A stretch of DNA of 64,000 nucleotides from Elusimicrobiota bacterium (GTDB lineage: Bacteria > Elusimicrobiota > Elusimicrobia > UBA1565 > JACRDR01). Where the stretch lies: NCBI GenBank assembly GCA_041694815.1, contig JBGFSC010000007.1, forward strand, positions 1-64,000, given 5' to 3'. This document shows positions 29,302-37,940 of this stretch, piece by piece (the stretch's first letter is position 1; each line of letters starts with the position of its first letter). A model generated the notes under the pieces. It saw only the letters and a program-made list of their open reading frames with translations, was not told the DNA's origin and did not search any database. Both the position numbers and the translations under genes were made by a program.

Positions 29302-31253
29302 CTCCGGCACTGAGGCGCCTCCTTCCGATGCTCCCCGCGGGCGATTTCCGCCTCGGCCAAATCCAGGATCAGAGCGACCCGGTCGCGCAGGGCCTCCATC
29401 CGTTCGCGCGGCGGAAGCTCCTTTTCGATCCAGACGAGCTTGAACTCCGAATCCCGTGCATGGAGGCCGGCTCGGCGCTCCTCCGGCATGCGCTGCAGGA
29501 AAGCGCGGGCGCGGCTCAAGCAGCCGCAGATCAAGCGCCACCGCTCCGTGCGTTCGGGCGCCTCCGGCAGCCCGCCGTTATTTAAATGCGGCACGGCCCA
29601 GGGGATCAGCTCGGCGGCCACGCCCGGGTCCTCGACCAACAGGCGATTGGCCTTCTCGACGGCCCTCTGAGCAAGGCACAAAGCCTCCAGCAGCGGGCGG
29701 TAGGACGACAATTGCGCCCGCATGGGTTGGTGATAGAGATCGCCCTCGAGATACTTAAGAAAGTTCTCGATGGCAGCGACGTGATCGCATTGGAACTGCT
29801 TGAACTGCGCGAGATTCGCCCATTGATCCTGGTCCAAGTTCCCGTTGACCCCCTTGTAAGCATCGATGCCCAACGCGATGGCGGCCTCCCGGAAACGGCG
29901 GTATCGGTCGAGTCGGACCTCGTAATCGTTCTTGCCGTCCGCAGATTTCCAGTAGAGGTTATGGAATCGGCCCGCGGGCATCGGCGCGATGCCCATTTCA
30001 GCCGAATGATCGGTCAGGTAGCTGTGCTCCTCGAGGCTCGTGAATGTCGCGCTCGCGTAGGCGCGGTCCAGCCACGCGGCATTTCGCCTGATAAAATCGA
30101 GCGTCTGCTGGAAGTCCTCCTCGGTCTCGCCGGGATAGCCGAACATGAAATTGCCCGTAACCGTAATGCCGGCCTCGTGGGTGTCTCGTAATACCCGGTC
30201 GGCCACTTCCAAACGGAAAGGCTTGTTCATCGACTCGAGCACCTTCGGGGAGCCGCTCTCAATTCCGTAGATGATGCTGTGCCCGTTGGCCCGGCGCATC
30301 GTCTTAAGCAGCTCGGAGCTCATCTCGGGCCGTATGATGGCGTTGATCTTCCAGCCGATATATTTGTCGGGGTCCCCGATCACCTCCGCCACCTTCTCGC
30401 TGAAGCAACGTAAGGCCCGCACGTCACCGTTGGCAGTGATGTCGTAGAACTCGACATGGTTGTGGCCGGGCAGCACCTTGCGCTGGTGCATGACCTCGGC
30501 GAACATCCGCTCGCCGCTCATATAGGAATACCCGCTCCAGAACTGGGTCGTGCTGCAGAAATGGCACTTCCACACGCAGCCCCGGCTCGCCGCGAATGGA
30601 ATCCGGATGGGATCGGAGTAATATTCCATCGGGAACCCGCTCAAATCGGCAAAGGGAACCCCGTCAAGATCACGGATCGCCGGCGCCATACCGCCGTCGA
30701 TGGCCCGGCCGTCCACGCGGCACGCGATGCCGGCTGCCGGAAGTACCGTGCCCGAAGACTCAACACGCTTGAGTAGCGCGGGAAATACCTCATCCCCGGG
30801 TCCCTGTACGATCGCGTCGATCTCCGGATGCCGGATCCATTCCTTGGCGGCCTGCCCTTTAAAAAAGAATTGCCCGCCCCACACGATGACCCTAGACGGG
30901 TCCTCCTTCTTGATACGGCGCGATAACTCGAGACTCGCCCATTGGGAACCGAGGCAAACGGAAAATCCGATCACCTTCGCGTCACTGCGCAAGATTCGCA
31001 GCATTTCCGTTTCGATCACGGCTTGATTTTCATCAAAGAACTGAGCAACGATCTCGGGTTGGTTCCAGAAATGAAACTGCTCCCATAACCATAAGTTCTC
31101 GTATCGCGCCGTTCGTCGTTTCCACAACAAGATATTAAGATCAAAAATCTCGACCTCGTGGCCGGCCGCCTTGGCGCAGCCGGCGATCTGCGCGAGTCCT
31201 AGCGGCGGATCGACCGTCCACCAGACGGGCGCCTGCACGAGGGCGAGCTTCAC
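29298..31253 (-). CDS. Cobalamin-binding radical SAM protein with C-terminal helical extension
   Basis: DPPLGLA, SRGCVWKCHFC, GIESGS, GYPGETEEDF. Confidence 0.92.
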   Translation of the reverse strand: MKLALVQAPVWWTVDPPLGLAQIAGCAKAAGHEVEIFDLNILLWKRRTARYENLWLWEQFHFWNQPEIVAQFFDENQAVIETEMLRILRSDAKVIGFSVCLGSQWASLELSRRIKKEDPSRVIVWGGQFFFKGQAAKEWIRHPEIDAIVQGPGDEVFPALLKRVESSGTVLPAAGIACRVDGRAIDGGMAPAIRDLDGVPFADLSGFPMEYYSDPIRIPFAASRGCVWKCHFCSTTQFWSGYSYMSGERMFAEVMHQRKVLPGHNHVEFYDITANGDVRALRCFSEKVAEVIGDPDKYIGWKINAIIRPEMSSELLKTMRRANGHSIIYGIESGSPKVLESMNKPFRLEVADRVLRDTHEAGITVTGNFMFGYPGETEEDFQQTLDFIRRNAAWLDRAYASATFTSLEEHSYLTDHSAEMGIAPMPAGRFHNLYWKSADGKNDYEVRLDRYRRFREAAIALGIDAYKGVNGNLDQDQWANLAQFKQFQCDHVAAIENFLKYLEGDLYHQPMRAQLSSYRPLLEALCLAQRAVEKANRLLVEDPGVAAELIPWAVPHLNNGGLPEAPERTERWRLICGCLSRARAFLQRMPEERRAGLHARDSEFKLVWIEKELPPRERMEALRDRVALILDLAEAEIARGEHRKEAPQCRR

Positions 31254-32521
31254 GCGTGCAACTCCTCACGTAAGGAGGTCGCCCGGACGGTCTGCTCCGG
31301 GAACTTGAAATTCGCGTAGCCCACCGCCGTGCAACGCTCGCAGACATGGTCGGAGTCGGGAATCACCGGCCGATCTCCCCGCACGTAGCGGCGCACATGC
31401 CGCCTGGATCGACGGTAGCGCCCGCCGTTCCAGATCGCTGAAAATCCTTTCCGGAACGCGTTACCGAAATCGTCGCCTTGATCCTCGACGCTGCAGCAGG
31501 GCGCGACGGAACCATCCGGGTTGACGGTCATGCCGGCCCAGGGCCACTTGCAGATCGGGCGCTCCGCGGGCGCGCGGTAGGGAATAGCCGCCGCCGCGGG
31601 CGCCGGCTGCCGCAAGGCGCGCCAGGCGCGCTCGAGCGTTTCCGGGCTCAGGGGCGCCAGGGCCGCGAGGCCTAGGAGCTGGCGGGGTTTGAAACGTCGG
31701 GCGCGGTACGCCTTCAATGAGGGAATGGATTGGACCGGGACCGCGCCGTCCGCGGGACCCTCCGCGGGAGCCGCGTAGAGCTGGTATTCCGGAAGGCGGG
31801 AAAGCCAGGAGCGCAGCACGGCGGGCTCGTTGGCCATAAAGGGGGCGACGAAGCTGACGCCGTCCATGCCCAGCTCGGCGGCCAGGCGCCGTGCCTCCTT
31901 CATTTCGTGCTCGTTGTGCTTGAAGACGATGAACTGCCAAATCAGCCTAGGCGTCGGCCGCGAGGCGCGGGTCCGCTTTTGCACGAGCGTTCTGACGTTG
32001 GCAAGCACCCTATCGAAATCGCCGCCGACGCGGTAGCGCTTGTAGGATTCAGGCGTGGCACCGTCGATGGAAACGCTCAAGATGTCCAAGCCAGAGCCGA
32101 TGAGGCCGTCTGCCATCGCTTCGGTGAGGTCGTTGAGGTTGGCGTCGAGTTTGACCTCGATGCCGTAGCGCTTGGCGCAGGAGATCATCCGCGGCAGGTC
32201 CTTGTTGAGCAGCGATTCACCCCAGTTCATGAGGTCCATGTGGATCACGTAGGGGCCGACGCGCTCCAACAGACGCTCGAAATGATCCAGACGCAGCATC
32301 GCCTTGTCGCGCACGCCGCGGCCCGCGCCCGTCGGACAGAAGGGGCATTGGAGCTGGCAGAAATTGGTCGGATCGACCGTCAGCCAATAGGGTTTGCCCA
32401 GGAGCCAGGAATGCCCGCGGGCCAGTTGCGCCTCAACGAGCAGGTAATTGGCCCATTTGCGGTAGGCTCGCGCCCGCCAAAGGCGCTGGGCTACCGGCCA
32501 TTCACCATATGGGCAGAACAC
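31250..32521 (-). CDS. Radical SAM protein with SPASM/twitch domain
   Basis: CQLQCPFC, WGE, SIDG, CKWPW...PCC...IWNG...CERC. Confidence 0.92.
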   Translation of the reverse strand: MFCPYGEWPVAQRLWRARAYRKWANYLLVEAQLARGHSWLLGKPYWLTVDPTNFCQLQCPFCPTGAGRGVRDKAMLRLDHFERLLERVGPYVIHMDLMNWGESLLNKDLPRMISCAKRYGIEVKLDANLNDLTEAMADGLIGSGLDILSVSIDGATPESYKRYRVGGDFDRVLANVRTLVQKRTRASRPTPRLIWQFIVFKHNEHEMKEARRLAAELGMDGVSFVAPFMANEPAVLRSWLSRLPEYQLYAAPAEGPADGAVPVQSIPSLKAYRARRFKPRQLLGLAALAPLSPETLERAWRALRQPAPAAAAIPYRAPAERPICKWPWAGMTVNPDGSVAPCCSVEDQGDDFGNAFRKGFSAIWNGGRYRRSRRHVRRYVRGDRPVIPDSDHVCERCTAVGYANFKFPEQTVRATSLREELHA

Positions 32522-32546
32522 GTCAAAAAGGCTTCGAAGCGATGGC

Positions 32547-33266
32547 TTAATGAGTCTCCTCCACGAAAGACCTGACGCAGGCGGCGTAGGAGCAGCCGGA
32601 CGCCTTCAGGCGCGAATGGTCGTAGGCCCCCGCGCCGAAATTGGAGCAATCCAGGAAACGGCAGTCCGCCGCCCGCGCGAGCGACCACTGCTGCGTCCAG
32701 AGACCCTCGCTCATCCGTGCGAAGGAGGCTCCCGTAATCTCCGCCCGGGCACCCTCCCGCAACAGAAAACCCGTCTCCAAGTCCTCAAGCCTGCTGCCGT
32801 CGCAAGCGATCCTAGATAAGCCCCAAGCGAGCAGGCCTCGCTTGGCATAGGAAAATTGGACATCAGCCAAGAAAGCTCGAGCATCGTCAAAGCACTGGAT
32901 CAAATGCTCCTCGGCCCCCTCCAACGCCGCATGCTCGATCTCAAGGCGTCCGGCGCCAAGCGCCGTGATGCCACCCCAGGGCTGGCCCCGGCGCCCGAAA
33001 CGTATCGGCTTGGCAGGGCTTCCGCGAGCGACCAAGCGGCCTAAAACAACCATATCGCAGCGCGAGCGCAGCGAGGCCTCGATGGGGTAGCCCTCCGGGG
33101 CGCTGCGGAAGATGGAGCAGGACCATCGTGGGGACGGAGCAAAACCCAGCTCGGTTCCAGGAGCCAAGGTCAAGATCACTCCCCTCGGAACGACGAGATC
33201 TCCTGTGATGGCGACCTGGCCCGCAAAGGTCGTATCCAGTCCAAGCTCGCCGCTATACTCCGTCAT
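32547..33266 (-). CDS. Small right-handed parallel beta-helix protein
   Basis: GDLVVPRGVILTLAPGT, GRLVARGSPAKPIRF...WGGI, followed by ~22-aa coils. Confidence 0.75.
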   Translation of the reverse strand: MTEYSGELGLDTTFAGQVAITGDLVVPRGVILTLAPGTELGFAPSPRWSCSIFRSAPEGYPIEASLRSRCDMVVLGRLVARGSPAKPIRFGRRGQPWGGITALGAGRLEIEHAALEGAEEHLIQCFDDARAFLADVQFSYAKRGLLAWGLSRIACDGSRLEDLETGFLLREGARAEITGASFARMSEGLWTQQWSLARAADCRFLDCSNFGAGAYDHSRLKASGCSYAACVRSFVEETH

Positions 33267-34216
33267 AGGGCCCGCTCCTCAGCGCCGTCCATAGGCATGA
33301 ATAGGTCCACACGCCGCGGGTGCACCTTCTGGTAGTGATCCCAGAGATAAGACGCCTCGCCGCAGAAGCATCGGTTTTTGGGGCAGGCCGTGGGGCCCTC
33401 GAGCAGCTCGAACTCCGAATCAAAAAGATTGCCTAGAGGCGCGACATGCCGAACGCTGCTGCCGCAACGGTAAACGTCCCCGTTGGACAGTACCTTGGCA
33501 TACGCGTATCCCGAAGCGCAAGGCTTGCCCAGCGGAGATTCCGGTAGTTCATAGTGGTCCGTCAAGTCGTGGACGTGCCGGGCCAATGATCGCCGCTCGG
33601 AATCCGTATAAGATGCGGGGTAGAGACGATTTTCGAAATGCCCGAAGAACACTTGTATCCAAAGTGGAAATCCGTTACGCCCGAAAAGGGATTGCAAACT
33701 ATCCAATCGGTCCATAAAAGGCGGCCATGCAACAACCGATGCCGAGCACTCAAAGCCCCGTCTCTTGAGCAATCTCAGCTTCTCCAAGAAGGGTTCGGCT
33801 TCCGTATACTGGGGATGGAAGGACGCGCTGAAGCGCAACCGCTCCGCGGGGACGGCGTCAGCCAAGGTTTCGATGCGGGGCCATGGCAAGGACAAATTAG
33901 TAACGACCGTCACGAAGTGCTTGCGCGTTATTCCGGCGAGGAGCTCGTCGACCTTTCGATACAGCAACGGCTCTCCCCCAAGAATAGTCAAATGCACGCT
34001 GCCGTATTGTTGGTACACGCGGTCCCAGCAGGCCCGCCATGCGGAGGGCTCGATCCACTCCTGGAAATCCTCCATTTGCTCCCACGATCCGGTCATTTCC
34101 CAGGGGCAGTATGAGCATCGATAATTACAGGAATACCATAGCTCCCAGACGATCTGGAGGCCGTGCCACTCGTCCCGGACACGCCACTTTGCGGCAAACG
34201 GCTCCTTGATTTCCAT
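33263..34216 (-). CDS. Radical SAM protein, short paralogous family
   Basis: CNYRCSYC, GGEP, TNLS, SFHP, CASG...RC...CPKNRCFC. Confidence 0.9.
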   Translation of the reverse strand: MEIKEPFAAKWRVRDEWHGLQIVWELWYSCNYRCSYCPWEMTGSWEQMEDFQEWIEPSAWRACWDRVYQQYGSVHLTILGGEPLLYRKVDELLAGITRKHFVTVVTNLSLPWPRIETLADAVPAERLRFSASFHPQYTEAEPFLEKLRLLKRRGFECSASVVAWPPFMDRLDSLQSLFGRNGFPLWIQVFFGHFENRLYPASYTDSERRSLARHVHDLTDHYELPESPLGKPCASGYAYAKVLSNGDVYRCGSSVRHVAPLGNLFDSEFELLEGPTACPKNRCFCGEASYLWDHYQKVHPRRVDLFMPMDGAEERAL

Positions 34217-34221
34217 GACGA

Positions 34222-35427
34222 TTATAAGGCTCCAGCCGCCAGCCTCTCGACGTCGCCCGCCTTGAAATAAGGGCCGGGATCGAGACCTCGCCGGAGGATC
34301 TCCTCAAGCAATGCCGCCTGTTGCCGCGGGCGATTCGTCAGGTGACAATAGATATTGTCGACGTTGAAGCCTTTATAGCGAATGCAGCTCCGGCACCAGG
34401 GATGCGGCTCTCCCTGCGCCATGCCGCGGCGCAGCTCGCGATAAAAAGAGTTATTCCAAATGGAATCGAGCTCGTCGCCCTTCTTCAAGTCGCCGACGTG
34501 CTCACCCCAGAAGCAGCACGGGATTACCGATCCTTGCAGCTCGACATAGAGGTGCTGCCACGGGTCGTAGCAGAGCTCGTTCGCGGCGGCGGCCGGGGCG
34601 GCTTGGGCGTTGAAAAGCGGCGGCAGCTGGACCTGGAAAGCCTCCGGCTTGGGCAGACTCGAGGCTCCGCGCTCGAGCGCCTCCGCCGTCTGTTTGGCCT
34701 CCAGGATGCTACGGTTGGCCCGCTCCTGGTCGAAGAAGCAGGACATGCCGATATGCTCCGGGGCGAACATCGTCATGTGGAAGGCCCGCACCTCTTGCAC
34801 CTTCAGGCGCCAGGCCAATTTTAGTAGCTCCGAGAGGTCATCGATATTGCGAGTGGTCAGGACGTCGACGAGCACCAAGTGGAGCTGCCTCCCCAAATCA
34901 TGCCTGTCCCTCAGCTCGGCCAAGTTCTGGATGTTCGCGATCACCTCATTGAAGCCGCCTTCGAGCTGTGTAAGCTCCTCATGTAGCTTCGCATGCGAGG
35001 CATGGACCGATAACTGAATCGCGTATTTCCCCTTCAATATCCGTTCGACGACCGAGGGTCGCAGCGGCGTGGCGTTCGTGGTGAAAATCTTCCAAGTCTC
35101 CGGAATAGTTTCGTTGATGTAATCCAGGAACTCTTCGATGCCGGGCACCCAGAGAATTTCACCGAAACCCGTGAACGTCACCTTCTCGGCGTTCTTGATG
35201 TAACGGCCCATCCGGGCCTCGAAGAAATCCTTGTAAATCTGCAGGCTGAAGCGCGAATAACTGCCCTCGAGGCAGAAAACGCACTTGGCGTTGCAGGCAT
35301 TGTGCGTGCCCAGCGTCACCAGGCGCGGCGTCGAGGCCAGTTCCAGGCGGCGAGCCTGAAACTCTTCGTTATTTAAGCGTACGTTGGCTTCGCGCCCGAT
35401 AGGCTTGGTCTCGATCGAAACGTCCAA
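34222..35427 (-). CDS. Radical SAM protein with SPASM/twitch domain
   Basis: CNAKCVFC, GFGE, CYDPW...PCC...IWN...CRSC. Confidence 0.92.
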   Translation of the reverse strand: MDVSIETKPIGREANVRLNNEEFQARRLELASTPRLVTLGTHNACNAKCVFCLEGSYSRFSLQIYKDFFEARMGRYIKNAEKVTFTGFGEILWVPGIEEFLDYINETIPETWKIFTTNATPLRPSVVERILKGKYAIQLSVHASHAKLHEELTQLEGGFNEVIANIQNLAELRDRHDLGRQLHLVLVDVLTTRNIDDLSELLKLAWRLKVQEVRAFHMTMFAPEHIGMSCFFDQERANRSILEAKQTAEALERGASSLPKPEAFQVQLPPLFNAQAAPAAAANELCYDPWQHLYVELQGSVIPCCFWGEHVGDLKKGDELDSIWNNSFYRELRRGMAQGEPHPWCRSCIRYKGFNVDNIYCHLTNRPRQQAALLEEILRRGLDPGPYFKAGDVERLAAGAL

Positions 35428-37025
35428 CGCGTTCCCTCCCCTCCAAGGATTGCCTCGGCCCTATCCGGCCGACCGAGTGCCCGATAACAGGATGCCAGCG
35501 CCTCTAGCGTAGTCCGATTGACGGACTCCAAACGAAGCGAGCGCCTAAAGCAGAGTATGGCGCGCCGGTAATTCCTTTTGTAGAGATGGTATTCGCCGAG
35601 CAAATACCATTTATCCGGCTTCCGCGCGAGGATACCCGAAGTCTCGGGGATGCGCAGCTGCAACGCCAGCTGGCAGAACTCCTCATAGCGCTTGAAGCGC
35701 TCCGGATAGTCGTTTTCGCCTCCGTTCGATTCCCAATAGAGATGGTGATCCTGACCCGAGATGCCGAACTCCTCAGGCTGGCTGTGGAGCGCCGTATTCT
35801 TGTCGATCACGCAGAAGGACTGACTCGCTAGAATCGTATCGATATAAGGGCGGTTCTTGACCAGGAAACGCATGGTATCCTGAAAATCCTCCCGGCTTTC
35901 CGTCGGCATGCCGAACATGATGTTGACCTGCGTCCCGATGCCCGCCTCGTGGGTCGCCTTGAGCGTCTCATGCGCGTTGCGGTTGGTGAACTTCTTATTG
36001 ATGCGCCATCGCAGTGCCTCGGAACCGCTCTCGATGCCGTAACCCAGCCACACACAGCCGGCCTTGGCCATCTTTTCCATGAGGCCCTTGTTCATGCCGG
36101 GATTGACGATGGCCTGCCCCGCCCAGCGGATTTTGATCCCGTCTTGGATGACGAGCTCGCAGAACTCATTTAAGGCCTTGAGGCTGCCGTTGAGCAGCGA
36201 TCCGATGAAATAAAAGTAATCGACCTGAGGGTAGCGCGCGATCTGAAATTTGACCTCGTCGAACATGCGGCGTCCCGACATCGTGCGGAAGCGACGCCAG
36301 AACTGCCATTCGCTGCAGAAATGACAGGTGCGCACGCAACCCCGACTGTCGAAGATCTCGAGCCGGTGGGGGCTATTGTAGCGCCGGCCGACGATATCCT
36401 CGGAGAAGTCCGAATAGTCCGGGAACGGCAGGGCGTTAATATCCTCGATCAGCGGACGGTCGCCGCAGTCGAGGATGCGGCCGTCCTGGCGCAGGATCAG
36501 GCCGGGAATGGGCCGGATTGCTCCGTGACGCTCGACCTCGTCGAGCAGCGCGCGGAATGTCTCCTCGCCCTCCCCTACCGCCACGGCGTCGACGGCGGGG
36601 TCGGCGGCGAAACGAAGCCCCGCTTGCTCACGCGAGCACTGGGGGCCGCCGAAGACGACTAGCCGCCCGGGATCCTCCCGCTTGATGCGGCGGGCGATCT
36701 CAAGACTGAAGAGGAAGGAGGTAGTGTGCGTCGTAAACCCCACGACCCGCGCGCCGCTGTCGAGGATACGCCGGACGGACCGCGACACCGCAGCCTCATT
36801 TTCGCACGCGAGTTGGCCGACGCGGCTCGGATTCTCCCAGAAGGAATAATAATCCTTATCGAGCCACATGCGCTCGTAGCCCGGCGAGCGGTGGTAGAGG
36901 TCATTATTAAGATCAAAGCAGGCGGCCTCATGCCCAGTCCGACGCAGATAGGCGGCCAGGCAGGCCAAGGAAAACGGAGGGCACTCCCGACCCCAGCCGG
37001 GACATTGGACCAAAGCGGACTTCAT
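35373..37025 (-). CDS. Cobalamin-binding radical SAM protein with C-terminal TPRs
   Basis: VVFGGP, GEGE, SRGCVRTCHFC, GIESGS; TPR-like tail. Confidence 0.92.
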   Translation of the reverse strand: MKSALVQCPGWGRECPPFSLACLAAYLRRTGHEAACFDLNNDLYHRSPGYERMWLDKDYYSFWENPSRVGQLACENEAAVSRSVRRILDSGARVVGFTTHTTSFLFSLEIARRIKREDPGRLVVFGGPQCSREQAGLRFAADPAVDAVAVGEGEETFRALLDEVERHGAIRPIPGLILRQDGRILDCGDRPLIEDINALPFPDYSDFSEDIVGRRYNSPHRLEIFDSRGCVRTCHFCSEWQFWRRFRTMSGRRMFDEVKFQIARYPQVDYFYFIGSLLNGSLKALNEFCELVIQDGIKIRWAGQAIVNPGMNKGLMEKMAKAGCVWLGYGIESGSEALRWRINKKFTNRNAHETLKATHEAGIGTQVNIMFGMPTESREDFQDTMRFLVKNRPYIDTILASQSFCVIDKNTALHSQPEEFGISGQDHHLYWESNGGENDYPERFKRYEEFCQLALQLRIPETSGILARKPDKWYLLGEYHLYKRNYRRAILCFRRSLRLESVNRTTLEALASCYRALGRPDRAEAILGGEGTRWTFRSRPSLSGAKPTYA

Positions 37026-37037
37026 ATATCCGGACCG

Positions 37038-37066
37038 TTTATATCAGGCATTTCTTGTTTAAGCAA
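37038..37066 (-). promoter_or_regulatory. Candidate sigma70 promoter TTGCTT-17-TATAAA (extended TG) for 37025 and downstream genes
   Basis: AT-rich intergenic gap; -35 at 37061-37066, -10 at 37038-37043. Confidence 0.5.
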
Positions 37067-37087
37067 TACATTCTCAAAGAGAATTTT

Positions 37088-37933
37088 TTATTGAATTGCG
37101 CCGAAATCACAAATATCCTGACCGTGTATGGCCGCCTTCTCTTGCAAATCGACATCCATGGCTTCGTTGGCTAAGAAATTGTTGGAAAATAAGTTGATTT
37201 CGCTAGCCCCGGTTCCATATACGCCTATACGATTGTGCCATATCCTACAAGTCCGCACGTCCGCCTTGGCATCCGCGCTAGCACTGATCGCGGTATGATT
37301 TCGCTCCATGTGGGAGCCAACGACGGAAAAAACCGAAGCCTCCATCGCGTTGACCCCGCACTGCGCGCTATCAAAGACCCGACAGGCACCCAAGGAGGCC
37401 CGGGCTAAACCCTTAGCGGCCACCCCCGTGGCGTTATGCTGCAGCAGGCAATCCTCAAGCGAAACCTGCGCCCCCGCTTCGGCCAGGATACCAACGAATC
37501 GCTGCTCTCGTACGGAGCAACGTCGAAGCACAACGGTCGCCCGACCGCAGCAGTGGATCGCGTTTCCTCCACGGTAGAACGAACAGTCTGCAAGGCTCGC
37601 GGACGCCTCCTCATCGATCGTCAATAGATCACCATCTAGCCCCTCGAAGCGAGCATAAGATAGTACCCCTTGCGCGCGTTTGACGAAGCGTACACCCGAC
37701 CATTCGCCCTCGGGGAAGAAAAGGACCTCCTTCCCGGGCAATCCATCGACTCGAAGCACCCCCCTGACTTCGATCCCGGGCAGGCCGCGCTCGCCTCCGC
37801 GAAAAATCGCCTTGGTGCCCCTTGCGACCGTCAAAGTGCTGCCCGCTGGGACGACCACGGGGCCCAGAACTCGGACGATGCCTTCCCATCTCGATCCCAC
37901 CTCGCCGCTGGAGACAACGGTTTCACGAAGCAT
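37088..37933 (-). CDS. Small right-handed parallel beta-helix protein
   Basis: GPVVVPAGSTLTVARGT, RGVLRVDG, WSGV, ~22-aa coils with N/G ladders. Confidence 0.75.
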   Translation of the reverse strand: MLRETVVSSGEVGSRWEGIVRVLGPVVVPAGSTLTVARGTKAIFRGGERGLPGIEVRGVLRVDGLPGKEVLFFPEGEWSGVRFVKRAQGVLSYARFEGLDGDLLTIDEEASASLADCSFYRGGNAIHCCGRATVVLRRCSVREQRFVGILAEAGAQVSLEDCLLQHNATGVAAKGLARASLGACRVFDSAQCGVNAMEASVFSVVGSHMERNHTAISASADAKADVRTCRIWHNRIGVYGTGASEINLFSNNFLANEAMDVDLQEKAAIHGQDICDFGAIQ

Positions 37934-37940
37934 GGTCCTC

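Noticed and set aside
37070..37084. Hairpin ATTCTC-AAA-GAGAAT as a terminator
   Set aside because: The stem is short and AT-rich, with no U-tract on the transcribed (minus) strand.
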